Origin: a bacterium
GTDB taxonomy: Bacteria > UBA8248
Assembly: GCA_965213685.1 (NCBI GenBank)
Contig: CBDBZY010000064.1
Coordinates: forward strand, 352,001-416,000
Direction of reading: 5' to 3'
Length of the DNA: 64,000 nt
In this document: piece after piece, positions 27,696 through 52,103 of the stretch
Layout of the letters: each line of letters starts with the position of its first letter
How positions within the stretch are numbered: the stretch's first letter is position 1
Notes under the pieces: model-generated
What the model saw: the letters and a program-made list of their open reading frames with translations, nothing else
Databases searched by the model: none
What the model was told of the DNA's origin: nothing
Position numbers and translations under genes: made by a program

Positions 27696-30600
27696 GACTA
27701 GGAGGTTGTTTGCAGTTGCCTTTCTGGGAGCACACAGTGCTCATGTGTTGGGGTTTGTTTCAGTTGCCTTACCTCTTTCCTTCCTCCTCCCTTCCTCCTC
27801 TCTCTCCACCTTCAGTGGAGTGGCTGTTTTTTTGCCCCATCTGTAGACACATGGCATTGCTATGCTTTTCACTTCCCTATTTCCAGGCAGGAAAGGGACT
27901 GACCAAGAAATGAATACTACGAGACATGAAGGAAAGGGACTATGAAAGCCCACATGTAGGGAAGCCAGTTGGTGGAGGGGATTCCCCTTACCATCCCCGG
28001 GCTTTGCTGGTGGCCTGTTACCTTCCCTCCCTTTCCTTTTCCTCCTGCTAATCTTCCCAACCTTTGCCCTATTACTTGTTATACTCAGCAGATGGCTGAT
28101 ATGATAGCACACAAACAAAACAATGTGGTCTTGCTCTGGCCCCTTCTGTTGCCATAGGATACCACAGCTTCTTGTTTCTAAACTTTTCTTTCAGAAATAC
28201 ATGTTATTTTACTCCATTTGCTGGGACCACAAGGCTACTACTGTATGGCCATAAGCTATACCTATGGGCAAGCTCCCCTGACATATATTATATCTCTCCT
28301 CGATCTCCCTTTCCTACCTCCTTCCATTCCATTGTCCCTGACTGAACTGTCTAGGCATCCATTTATCCTATCCCTATGCATGGCCTTGTTTCATTGCTCC
28401 TATCCTCGGGAGAGAGAGGAATATTCACACACAAAGAATAACCTAGTATTCTCTGCCTTGTAAGTGATCCATGTATATATGCATGTGGCTCCTGGTTTTT
28501 CACCATTTCTCTAAAAACTCCCTAAGCCTTTTTCATCATATATCAGAGAGTCGGTAGACTCTCTATAATATATAATAAGCAGGTCTATAATAATTATAAA
28601 TAGCAATAGAAGGAGCACAGAAGGTACTACACTATCACATCAGCTATCTACCCAGTTGATTTAAACCACACATGATGAGGGACAAGGGAGGGAGCGAGGG
28701 AGGGAGAGAGGCAGAGAGGGTACTATTGTCTCATAATCATCCAGAGAACTTTCCAACTAGTCACAAGACTAGGGGAAGGATGGCAGGACAGGGGAAGGCA
28801 AGAGGAGGGGGCTGGGTGGTTGGGGGTATGTATGCTGTTGGGTAGACTAAACACGACTTGCACTCAAGTAACTATAAAGGTGCTGTGATGTAATAGAGGG
28901 GAAGAAGGGAAGTTACTGACTACATAAGTAGTGGGGATGTTCCCTTCCATGGGGGGAGGGGGGGGGGGGGGGGGGGGGGGGGGTGGGAGGTGACGTGTGC
29001 CACACACACACACACTCTTACTCTATCACACCTGCTATCTACTGCCCGGACAAACCCTTTCCCCCTAGTACCAAGAGAGTGTATAATAAGTGAGTGAGTG
29101 TAAGTCACTTGTTATGTACTCTTGCTAGTAGTGTTTGACTTTGGCTCTCTACAGCCTGAGCTATTCACAGAAGCATAGCAATGTCAGGATCGGGTGTGCA
29201 TAGGATTATGTGTATGTATATGCACAAGATTATGGAGTATGGGATTGGAGAGCTAGGTACAGTGATAGGAGAATGCACTGCTCTTCTGCCGTAAAGCAGG
29301 AGAGATGTTGCTCCATCTCTTAGCTCCCTCAATGTATGTCATCTCCACCATCCTATAATTATGTATTGTCTCGCTCACTCCTGATACATGTACATGTACA
29401 TACTTTGCATTGCATCTCCCATGAAGTTTGTGTATTGAATGCAGTATCAAAATGTGTAGTTATTCAATGTGTACGAGTCGTGTCCCCCACCATGCCCACA
29501 TCTCCATGCTGTATCTAGACTCTCCACCAGTAATTCTTTGTGCACTGTTGCATGTGATGCAGATAGGTGTACATGTATATGTACATACTAGCCCCAGGAA
29601 GGAATGTGTGTACGACAAACATTGTAATGTGTGGGAAGTGGAAGGAGGAGGGCTTAGGGAGGTCATTGCTAAAGTGGACTGCATTAGACGCTGAGGCCAA
29701 TTAGTGGAGCAGTTGTCCTCGGTCTAATGGAAACCACTCACTATCTGATCCATAACAGTGATGTAGTGGAGAAGTAATTTGGATGAGGTAGCTAGGCCCA
29801 CCCTCCAACAGGAATCTCCCATTAGCTCATGGGATTACTCATGTTTACTTTCAATTCCGGTTCTGTGGCTATCAGATCATGGCCCTCATGGGGTGGGGTA
29901 GGTCTGGTGTGGTGGTGGGTAGTTAGGGGGAGGTAAGGGGAGGGGAGGGAGTACTGTGGAGGGTCAGTTATGATGTATATTCTTGGAACTATTATCTGAT
30001 GAGGTCAGACCATCTGCCCACAGAATTACTAACAAGTACTTAAAATTGGATAGGATGTGATGGGTGTGAGTGTGGGGGGAGGGGAATTATCAGTTGAGTA
30101 CAGTCCATCACCATTAAAAGGAATGTGACTCTTGTGGCTTCCAAGATTCTGCAAGTCCATGCAGTCTATAATGGATCATAAGAAGGAACCCATGGAAAAG
30201 AGCAAGCAAACTATGTATGCTAGTGGAATGCTGAGCATTGTGGGCAAGCGGGAGTGAGTTTCTGCACAGAAATAGTGTGTGTAGCCTGCTAAGCTATATA
30301 GTGATCCATGAACGCAAACTACATGCATCTCTACAGCCACGTCACAATATGATATCTGTAGCAACATTTGCAAGAGCAGTCAAGTACAATTTTGGATCAC
30401 TAGCTGTAGTGCGCACTAGACTGGCCTCTTGGAAACAAAGATAATGTCCATGCTTACCGAGAAATATAGTTGCCTGCTAAGCTATAAAGTTATGTGTAAA
30501 CACATGGCACTGCATGTATACCAACAGCCAAGTCATATTCTCAGCATGTTGGAATCGAGTAGAATCATCGATGAGTACACCAACTTCGTATCTATACAAG

Positions 30601-32355
30601 CTAGTCGCAGTCTTTAGTCTAGCCCTAGTCCCCCCTCTTTACACTACCAGTGAACTAGTCCCTAGCGTGGGCCCCAATCTAACTAGCCTTTACCACATGT
30701 AACGACTATGTACCATGTCTACAAGCTAGTCGCTGTCTCTAGTCTAGCCCTAGACACACGACCAGTAAAACTACAGCAACCAGTAAACCTACAGCGTGGG
30801 CCCCAAGCCAACTAACCTTTGCCGCGCGTAACAACGCAGCAAATGGTAGCTGCCCTCCGAGCGTTGATGAGGTAAGGGACAGGGGTAGTCTGAATCGTGA
30901 GTCGCAATACCCGAGCCAAGGCTTGGTTGTGACCCGTAGAGCTAGCTCACTCCATTTGCCCTCTCTCCCCGTTTTACCAAGTAACTGGATGTGATCAAGC
31001 CGGCTTTATGTTTGCCCGTAGCGTGGGGGCCTGCGGGGACCAAAAAGGCCTCATAGCCGGATGAATATATATAGAAATCCGCTCCAGCATAACGACTAGG
31101 TGGGCTCACTCCCACTCGCCCAATAAGTGGAGAATGCCTTGTAGCTATAGTCTGGTATCTGAGCAATGGCTTCTCCAGGCTCTCCACCCTCACTCTGCTC
31201 ACCCAGTCACAAGTAGGCCTGACTGGCTTACGCAGCACTTCACCAGGTGGCCCCACCAATTGAATTTGAGCAGTGGGATTACTTGGCTCTACACTTCACA
31301 AGTACTGGTGTTTGTGCAGAGGTGTTGGATAGTTAGGAAAAGTGTGTGTGGGGAGCAAGGGTTGTGCGTTCAAGGCATGTGCCACTTCTGAGCTCATAAT
31401 TATTAATAAGGATTGGCATTTCCTTTGCATACTGAGTAACAGAGCATGTAGATCCATACTACCATCGCTAGCAATGTTTTGTGACCTCTGCCCGCGGTTC
31501 TTCCCGGCCATCCACTACATAGACATGAAGTAGTTAAGCTGGAATGTGTGTTGCTTTCAGGTGGTCTGGGAACAAGACTAGGCACAAAGCAAACAGCCAC
31601 CACATACGAAGGCAAAACCTCACGTCAGGCCACTCCCCTCAGTAAACAGCCAGCGAGTGCACTGAAACATGTGGCCAGGAGTTACGTTTGACTTATCATT
31701 GAAATTAGTGGGTTACCAGTACTTTTTGATTTCATAGGCAGTGTACTGACTCTCTGATACCGTCTCTCTGATAGACGTCGTTATGCGTAGCGTCTAGTCT
31801 TTACATACAGCTCATTTGAGTAGCATGTGTCAGCGCTATTCCCACAAGAGAGTCATTCGAGCAGCCAGACAACAATAGGCTTAGGCACTAGGCGTGGTCT
31901 CCATGCAAGTTATCTCTCATGTACTCAAAGTTATCCCACGTGACATGTCTTCTATAGACCAAGCATGGGAAAGCGAGTTCACCAAGGTTTGCCAAGATAC
32001 CATCGATTTGTTAGTAAAAGGCACTGCGCACACACGAATGAAGGTGATTGGTTGGAAAACCATAGTTAAAACTTCAGCCACTTCTGACATAGGCTGTTTG
32101 ACAAAATCTCTTAAGAAGAAGAAGATGAACAATTTGACCTTTCGGCAGTTTTCTGTCAGCAAGTGTGGCGATGCATTCGTGGGGGGTATCGTTGAATAGA
32201 GAAACATTGGAATAGGCTAGCTATGTACCTAGAAAGGCTTAGAATGTGAGCACTAAAGAGCTTAGAAGCTAGGCTTTCTAATGTACGCACACTATGGGTG
32301 TGTCAGTGAATAAAGTCTACTGACTCTCTGATATTTATGTATTTATTACATGCAG

Positions 32356-44597
<12,242 letters not shown>

Positions 44598-45667
44598 TGT
44601 TTAGTATATGCATATACATGAGTGATAAAATCGACTACTACTTTATTTTTGTAAAGACAACTTTTCTGTTCTGTATATATGCATTTTGGTATTCAGTGTG
44701 AGTCATGTTGATAGTGTATTGGTTCAGCAGTGTAATTATAAAATTTTTTGTCCTGTTTCCAAACTTAGGAACTGCAATCTTGACCTGGAAGAGTCACTTG
44801 TTGTAGAAACTGGTGGAGTTGCTCTTCCTTTCCCTTCCCTAAAAGGAGATTTTCTTCATGGCACATTACTATTGTTACTCCAATGCAGTAATCTCAGAAT
44901 AGTTTAGATGAGGATGTCATGCGAAGATGTAGGGATGGGGTTACTTGTGTAGTAGTCATCTGGTATTTAGGCTGCTTCTTACCTGCTCACTGTAACTAAT
45001 CAGGGAATTGAGCGCGCTTATCGAGGACCGGGTACGCGATCCGTAACAAAATTAATGCAAAACCTTATTATATATACTGGGCGAGCGGGAGCGAACCATG
45101 GCCAGCTGCAATAACTTAACGTACCTGGAATGATTGATGCACTATTGTTTTACATGCATAACAGAGCTTATTAAAAAATAATAACAATCACAAAGCACAA
45201 TGTTGGATCACTGGCTGTAATGTATATCCCCTAAGACTGGCCTCTCAGTGATTTCATATCCATGCTTATACTGTGTGCATAGCTCGCTGAGCTATAAAGT
45301 GATGTGTGATGCGTGAACGCACACCTGCATGCTTTCCAACAGCGCAATTGATGCCCGATTTGCGAACAAAATATCAGTAGAGTCCGCCGTATGAAGAAAC
45401 ATTGTTCACTTCGTATACTTTATCCGTTCACTCCGCGTACTTTATCCGTATACTTGCAGTACGTAGTACAGAGCCACTTAAAAGCCGCACACCCGTGGCC
45501 GTAGAGATTCAATCCGTGTACGCAAGGTGTACGGATTCCGTATACGCTACTCGCCCGCGTGAAAATATTGTCGCGTTTGAATTTCGTCGGTGTGCTGGAA
45601 TATATTAAATTTTCGCGTAACACACGAAGGTTTCTACAGCCGAAAATTTCCCGATCTACGGTATGTT

Positions 45668-46210
45668 GCCGAGCGCCTTAGCGCGAGGCAAATAATCGCG
45701 ACGTGTGGGCATTTGATCTCGCCTTGAGTTTCTATGTATGTATGTATGTATGTATGTATGTATGTATGTATGTATGTATGTATGTATGTATACGTACGTA
45801 CTTCCGGTGTCGCACGTGTCTGCGCGTTTGTGCACGTGTGCATGTACGTACGTAAGTATGACGTACGTACGTATACGCACATGCGTACTTGGGTTCATGT
45901 GTCTTGCACGCGTTAGGCCAGCCATGAGAGCTACACGCGCTTACATACACACATACGATGTTGCTGCACATTGTGCTACTGTTGGCACGACGCCATCGCT
46001 ACTCGGGCACGATGAGTCCGCACGTACTACTTGGGTTTTCTTGCATGCGTTGGGCTAGCCATGAGAGCTACGCGGGCTTACATACGCACAAACGATGTTG
46101 CTGCACATTGTGCTACTGTAGCAGGACGCCATCGCTACTCGTACGCGATGACACGGTCCGCACAAAACTGGCTAGCTCTGCAAACTGATTCATCCGCGCT
46201 AGGCACTCCT
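45668..46210. repeat. Repeat element with (TATG)n and an internal ~140-bp tandem duplication
   Basis: (tatg)n at 45733-45790; gccatgagagctac...cgatgttgctgcacattgtgctactgt...gacgccatcgctactcg at ~45921 and ~46058. Confidence 0.6.
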
Positions 46211-46383
46211 TGCGTACTCCTAGTATAATATATTATGATGTACATCGTAACATTCTGAACCATTACAAAATTTACATGACGAGAGAATTATGAGCCATAT
46301 CTTCCTACAAGTTGCCCAGAGGAAGGAATTACAGTTCATAACCTTCTCCCACTTTATGGCAGTAATGTACAAGGTGGGATATA

Positions 46384-46909
46384 CAGTAAACTCTCTCTTA
46401 ACGGACACTCCGAATAGCGGACTTCTACCAAATAACGGACGAGCCTTCATCTCCCGGCGAAATTCACTATAGACATATACATTACAAACATCCGAATAGC
46501 GGACAGGGGGAACTGCACCGACTGATCCAGCTCCGTAGAAAAGTTACCCTGAATAACGGACGGTGTGCGTGGGGCTAGCCCTAACCACACCCAACAACTG
46601 CCGCCGCCATCTACGGTGCGCAAGCTCGGCAACATTAGGGCGTTAAATAGAATCCTGACTTGCTCCGCTGACATTCATCTAGTAAATATTATTCTCTGTC
46701 CACTAAAGATTGGATGTACTCTCGTAGCCTTGCGATATATTCACGCGGCTCACATAGCCTGCATTTGCAAGGAGCTTATGTTATTGGCTCCAGTGTATCA
46801 TCATATTCAACGTTAAATGTGGATACAATAATTCCTCAATAAAGGACATACACCGAATAACGGACAGTAGGCCTTGCACCAAAGTGTCCGTTATTCGGAG
46901 AGTTCACTG
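46384..46909. mobile_element. Tc1/mariner-pogo (Tigger-like) MITE
   Basis: TA-cagtaaactctc...taacggacact / agtgtccgtta...gagagttcactg-TA; internal repeats of aataacggac/aatagcggac. Confidence 0.82.
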
Positions 46910-47784
46910 TAATCCCGTAAATACCCGTAAATAAAACACAATGCATGCCTACAAATGTTTCCACTCCCATACCTATACACAGCTTGGAAACCTGGAACTG
47001 ATTCAGTGACATGTTTGTATATGTGGGGGCGCCCACTATAAGTAATGATATGTTGCTTGGTTAGCAACTTTGTCTATCTGTAATCTTTTCTGCAGTCTTT
47101 AGCTACACGAAAACCTATGCATTGGGAGTGATACTGTTGAAGTCTCCTTCAAAATGAGAGTGCCCCAGCAAAGTCCTCAGTCAACTGAGGCACCTATTAA
47201 CATGCAGCTAACACTCCTCCTCCTCTCACTATGGTCACTACATGCGGGGGTGCAAGCGCCACTCCGTTACGTAAACAACACTTCATTCCACAAGTGTAGA
47301 GTGCTCTTTACTTTAATTTCTTTACTTGTTTGCAGTACACTGGCCTGCATGCAGATGTATATCAGTGTTGATTTATTTGGTGACATCACCCATAATTTGG
47401 CTTACTTAGTGGGCTTTGACAAATTATGCTAGCATAATTTTGAGCAGAATAGGTACTCAATAGCATAATACTTGCTCTAGCCCTTCCGAGAAAATCAATA
47501 CATGTAGGGGTACTCTTAATTACCGTGTATGACTATAAAACTGATACAGAGGGCATGCAATGAATCAAGTAATGGTTAACTTTTTGCAATTTTTAGAAAC
47601 CATAATGGGGCAACTTTGATGCACATCATGATTATAAGAGAATACCATAATAGGTAATTAATTTTATCAAGGCGCATTGCTTAGTACATTCCCACTTGTT
47701 TGCTAGTCGCTAAGGCCGGCGGCTGTGGTGACATCACTCATAGCTTAGCTTGCTTAGTACACCTGGTTGTTGGCTCCTATCGTG

Positions 47785-50151
47785 ATGGCTCAACAGCAGT
47801 TCCGCTTCGGCACTCTCCGTCTGATGCGAGACGCCACCCTCGGCACGGGAGCGTACGGACAGGTGTGTAAGGCCACGCTCGACGAGCTGCCCTGTGCGGC
47901 CAAACTCCTCCACCCCATCCTGGTGGATCCCAACAACCCCAGGAACCGGACAAAGTTCGAGCAGGAGTGTCGCTTCCTCAGCGATATTCGGCACCCCAAC
48001 ATAGTGCAGTATCTGGGCGTAGCGCAGTATGGAGAGACGGGCCTGCCCGTTCTGCTGATGGAGTTGATGGACGACTCCCTCACTCACTTTCTGGAGCGAT
48101 CGGAGGAGCCTCTGGCCTACCACGTGCAGGTGAACATCAGCCACGACATTGCCCTTGCTGTTGCCTTCCTGCACTTGAATCGCATCGTTCATCGAGATTT
48201 ATCCAGCAACAACGTGTTGCTTATCGGTACTGGCAGCAAGGCAAAGGTGACCGATTTCGGGATGAGCAAGTTGACCGAACTGAATCCTCGCATGACTGGC
48301 CTAACCAAGTGCCCAGGTACCCCAGCCTACATGTCTCCTGAGGCTTTGCTTGACCCTCCTGTTTACACAGAGAAGCTGGACTGCTTCCAAGCAGGAGTGC
48401 TTATGATCCAAACCATCACTCGCAAGTTTCCTGACCCAGGCCCAGCAATGAACAGAGTGAGAGATGCGAGGTACCCAACAGGGTGGGCTAATATTCCAGT
48501 ACCTGAAGTGGAGCGGCGTCAAAACCACCTTATTCTTATCCCCCAGACTCACCCGATGTTGCGTATTGCTGTGGACTGCTTGAAAGACACGGACAGTGAA
48601 CGTCCCTCAGCCCAGCAGATTTGTCAATACCTGTCAGCTCTGAAAGAGGCTCCACAATATGGCCAGAGCCTTGAGGGAAGGGGAGGAGAAAGGGATGGAG
48701 AAGTCATAGAAAAGGAAGAATTGATTCAGCAGCTGAAAAAAGAGAACCAGGAGAGAGAGAGAGAGGTTAGAGAAAGGGAAAGGGAGGTTAGGGAGAGGGA
48801 GGGAGATATCAAATGTCTTCAGAACCAGCTGCAGCAAAAGGAGGGAGAGGTGAGGGATAGGGAGAGGGAGGTTAAGGAGGTGAGGAAAATGGCAAGAGAG
48901 AGAGAGAGGGAGAACATTGAAGAAATCCATCGTCTTCAAACGGTCATTCAGGAGAAAAACCAGATGATTCATCAGCTGCAGCAGACACAGCAGTCTGCCC
49001 CCTCCTACACTTGCCTGGTCAGTGGCCCAGGCCTACAGTCAGCCACTGCCAACCACCCAACACATGTCATAGTTGAGGCGAGTGAGTCCAATGGTAGGCC
49101 ATTGTCACGCAAACAGAATGTCACTGCTGAGCTAGTGCCACTGCCCACCTCACAAGCCACACCCACAAGTGGTCGATGGCCATGGTCCAAAAAGGTCAGA
49201 ATCTCAGTAGCCATGATATCTCCCTCCCGATATGAGGTGTCCTACATAGCAGTCAGACGAGGCCAACACAAGCTCCATGTTCGAGTCAATGGTAGTGAAA
49301 TCAATGGCAGTCCCTTCACCATGACCGTGTACCCTGACCCCACTCAACTAGGCTCCCCAGTGAGGGTTGTGACAGGCCTAATCAGTCCATATGGTATTGC
49401 TGTCAACAGTCGTGGTGAGATGGTGGTCACTGAATCTGATGGTCATCGAGTTTCTGTGTTTGATGTCAGAGGACAGAGGGTTCGAACATTTGGGTCACAT
49501 GGTGACAGACCAGAGCAGATGATCAGCCCTAAAGGCATGGCAGTGGATGATGTGGACAATATTTATGTGAGCAGTCATGACAAGCTGCAGAAGTTCACTA
49601 GCAGTGGTGAACTGATCAAGTGTGTCGGTCAGAGGGGCAGTAAGGAGGGGGAGTTTGATGATCCACATGGAGTCACCATACACAGCAATCAAGTGTATGT
49701 ATGTGATTCATATAACCATCACATTCAAGTGTTTGACCTGGACTTGAACTTCATTCAATCCATTGGCTCACATGGCAAGGGAAGAGGAGAATTTTATTGG
49801 CCACATGATGTTGCATTCGACACTGCTGGGAACATGTATGTAGCTGAGTATGGAAATGAGAGGGTGCAAGTGATGGACAGCAGTGGACAGTTCATAAGAG
49901 CATTTGGTCAGGAAGGAGAGGGAAAACTGACTTGGCCAACAGCTCTTCACATTGCTGACAAGTATGTGTATGTATCTGACTACAGTCAACACCGTATTGT
50001 GGTGTATCAGACCTCAGGTCACTTTGTCACCTCATTTGGGAGGTATGGTGATGGGGAGGGAGAGTTGAGTTATCCATACTGTATCACCTCTTGTGCCAAT
50101 GGGTTTATACATGTGTGTGATTGTGTAAACAAGCGAGTCCAAATATATTGA
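47785..50151 (+). CDS. Single-exon protein kinase (TKL-like) + coiled-coil + filamin/Ig + NHL beta-propeller fusion protein
   Basis: GTGAYG, CAAK, HRDLSSNN, DFG, MSPE; EREREVRE coiled coil; filamin SGPGL...YEVSY...GQHKLHVRVNGSEINGSPF; about 6 NHL repeats (PYGIAVN, PKGMAVD, PHGVTI, PHDVAFD, PTALHI, PYCITS). Uninterrupted ORF. Confidence 0.93.
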   Translation: MAQQQFRFGTLRLMRDATLGTGAYGQVCKATLDELPCAAKLLHPILVDPNNPRNRTKFEQECRFLSDIRHPNIVQYLGVAQYGETGLPVLLMELMDDSLTHFLERSEEPLAYHVQVNISHDIALAVAFLHLNRIVHRDLSSNNVLLIGTGSKAKVTDFGMSKLTELNPRMTGLTKCPGTPAYMSPEALLDPPVYTEKLDCFQAGVLMIQTITRKFPDPGPAMNRVRDARYPTGWANIPVPEVERRQNHLILIPQTHPMLRIAVDCLKDTDSERPSAQQICQYLSALKEAPQYGQSLEGRGGERDGEVIEKEELIQQLKKENQEREREVREREREVREREGDIKCLQNQLQQKEGEVRDREREVKEVRKMARERERENIEEIHRLQTVIQEKNQMIHQLQQTQQSAPSYTCLVSGPGLQSATANHPTHVIVEASESNGRPLSRKQNVTAELVPLPTSQATPTSGRWPWSKKVRISVAMISPSRYEVSYIAVRRGQHKLHVRVNGSEINGSPFTMTVYPDPTQLGSPVRVVTGLISPYGIAVNSRGEMVVTESDGHRVSVFDVRGQRVRTFGSHGDRPEQMISPKGMAVDDVDNIYVSSHDKLQKFTSSGELIKCVGQRGSKEGEFDDPHGVTIHSNQVYVCDSYNHHIQVFDLDLNFIQSIGSHGKGRGEFYWPHDVAFDTAGNMYVAEYGNERVQVMDSSGQFIRAFGQEGEGKLTWPTALHIADKYVYVSDYSQHRIVVYQTSGHFVTSFGRYGDGEGELSYPYCITSCANGFIHVCDCVNKRVQIY

Positions 50152-50770
50152 GTGGATTATATATTTAGTGTTCATGTACATGTCATTATATTTTGGGTTC
50201 ATGTACATGTCGTAGTTTTTTAATTCCAAGTTTTGTCCTCTTATGATTGTATGGGCTTCATATGATACTAGACCAAGTGTTGTTATGTAATCAGTGGTAA
50301 TCATATCATGTACAATGTGAGTTGTGTGCATGTGTGTGCTTCAATGGTTAGAATGCAGTTTCTCTTTGTATCACCTAATTGCCACAGTCATGTGATATGG
50401 TTCAGCTGCTCATGATTGATGAAACATGAACTTTTCCTAGTACCACAATTCACCTCACGATACTCACATAAATACTCAAGCCTGCCATTGACCATGTACC
50501 CAGTGTAGGTAGAACCAGTTGGAAATCTTAGTCCACCTGGAGATGGTATGGTAATAATTACTCAGTTGACACAGGTGAGGAAGGAAAAGAATGGAAAGAT
50601 AAACTTCCATCCGGGCATCGAACCCAGCACTCAGAGACAGCACCAGGCCATTACCCAGGACAAAAGTTTATATCCCCATTCTTTCCTATGTACTGCCAGT
50701 GGTCGTTGGCGAATCTGCCAACCTCACACTGACAGACCCCCCAGTTTTACATGAACGTACACATAACAAA

Positions 50771-50900
50771 CCGTCATCTGTCACCCGGTGGCCATAGCTC
50801 AGGTGGTAGAGCACTGACAGCTAAAGTCAGAGGCCCCCGGTTCAATCCCGGGTGGCTGCTGGTTTTTCACAGTTCTCTAAAATATTCCCAAGCCTTTCCT
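50771..50900 (+). mobile_element. tRNA-derived SINE-like repeat (cloverleaf 50788-50860)
   Basis: A box TAGCTCAGGTGG, B box GGTTCAATCC; 11-bp direct repeat cacataacaaa at 50760-50770 and 50901-50911; 3' tail similar to 28490-28540. Confidence 0.75.
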
Positions 50901-51229
50901 CACATAACAAATTGTCAGTTATACATGGAGATGACTGGTCACTCTCCATGAGTGACTGAACTTGCCAAACTTACCTCTTCTCTGCCCCCCCAACCACAGT
51001 GGCATCCCTCAGATCCCCAGCCAAGGGACTGAGACTGGGGCTGGGTAGAGCAATATAATTTAACCTCCCACAAATCAATTTTGTACTCCTTCACTAAAGC
51101 GCAATGCTCTCTTAGTCAAAAAACAGTTTCCCAGCACCATGTTGTGTCACACACTCACACAATGCAAAGAAACACAACACAGACAGCCTCTATAAAGTGT
51201 ATAGGACTAGAGTCTGGAATGTGTGCATC

Positions 51230-52103
51230 TCATTTGAAGTTGAACTGCACTTTCACCAGATACCGCATCCTAATCTGCAGAGGGAGGAGTGAGAAGGGGC
51301 AGGGAATCAGTGAGAGGTGGGACTGCATAATAAGGAAAGGAGGAAGAGAGAGAGAGGTGGGGGGTAGTAAAATGAATAGGGGTATCCCCTACCCCTTATA
51401 TACCTGCTTCGTATCATACACCACAAACTCTGGGAGAAAAAGAAAGACATTAAAATCACATCATGAATATTCATCAGCAGACGTAATAGACTTCTGTTAT
51501 GAATATTATGTACTGTTGTAGTTGAGGGTGTAGCCAGAGGGTTGTGGACTCCTGTGTTGATACTGGTGCTGAGAGGAACTACACAGCCATCAGGACTGGG
51601 GAGGAGGGAGGAGGGGGGGGGGGGGGGGGGGGGGAGGGGGGGGGAGAAGGTAGGAGAGATGGGGCAGGGAAAGAGGAAGAAGTTAAGGGTGAAAGGAGGA
51701 AGGGGAGAAGGAAGGTGAGGTAGATGAAAAAATATGAACAGTCTGACAAAGAGGATTTCCCCTCCCTTCCCCACTTACCTCCATCCCCCCCCTCCCCCCT
51801 CCCCCCTTCCTCCCCCTCCCTCCCCCCTCCCTCCTTCCCCCTCCTCCCTTCCCCCCTCCCTCCCCCTCCCCCCTCATACAGGGTCTCCTACTGGGCAGGA
51901 TCTGGTGCCACTTTGCCCAGTCCTCTCGTACTGTGCTTCCCCCTTGGCAGCTCATCAGCCAAGTAGTCTGCAGCAAGAAGATCATTGGTCTGTCCCAGGG
52001 CAACATCACACAAGACAAGCAGCCCCTCCTTCCAAGATGGAGAGGCAAAACAGTAGTTTGCACTGTTCGAGCACATGTCGGCAAAGTAGACACCCTTGCC
52101 AAA
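51230..52103 (-). pseudogene. PARP2: PARP2-like catalytic-domain 3' exons (52103-51880, 51595-51514, 51429-51404, 51274-51230), disrupted
   Basis: FGKGVYFADMCSNSANYC...LCDVALG...GKHSTRGLGKVAPDP; PDGCVVPL...GVHNP/SGYTLNYN; FVVYDTKQ; IRMRYLVKVQFNFK*. In-frame TAG and a 1-nt frameshift; no upstream exons seen. Confidence 0.85.

Noticed and set aside
23874-30400. Many short ORFs between the LINE and paralogue B
   Set aside because: No recognisable motifs or coding bias; treated as intergenic or decayed repeats.
50788-50860. Bona fide amber suppressor tRNA rescuing the in-frame TAGs of the PARP2 and RING genes
   Set aside because: The anticodon loop lacks U33, the element has a TSD and a repeat tail, and both genes also carry frameshifts that suppression could not fix.
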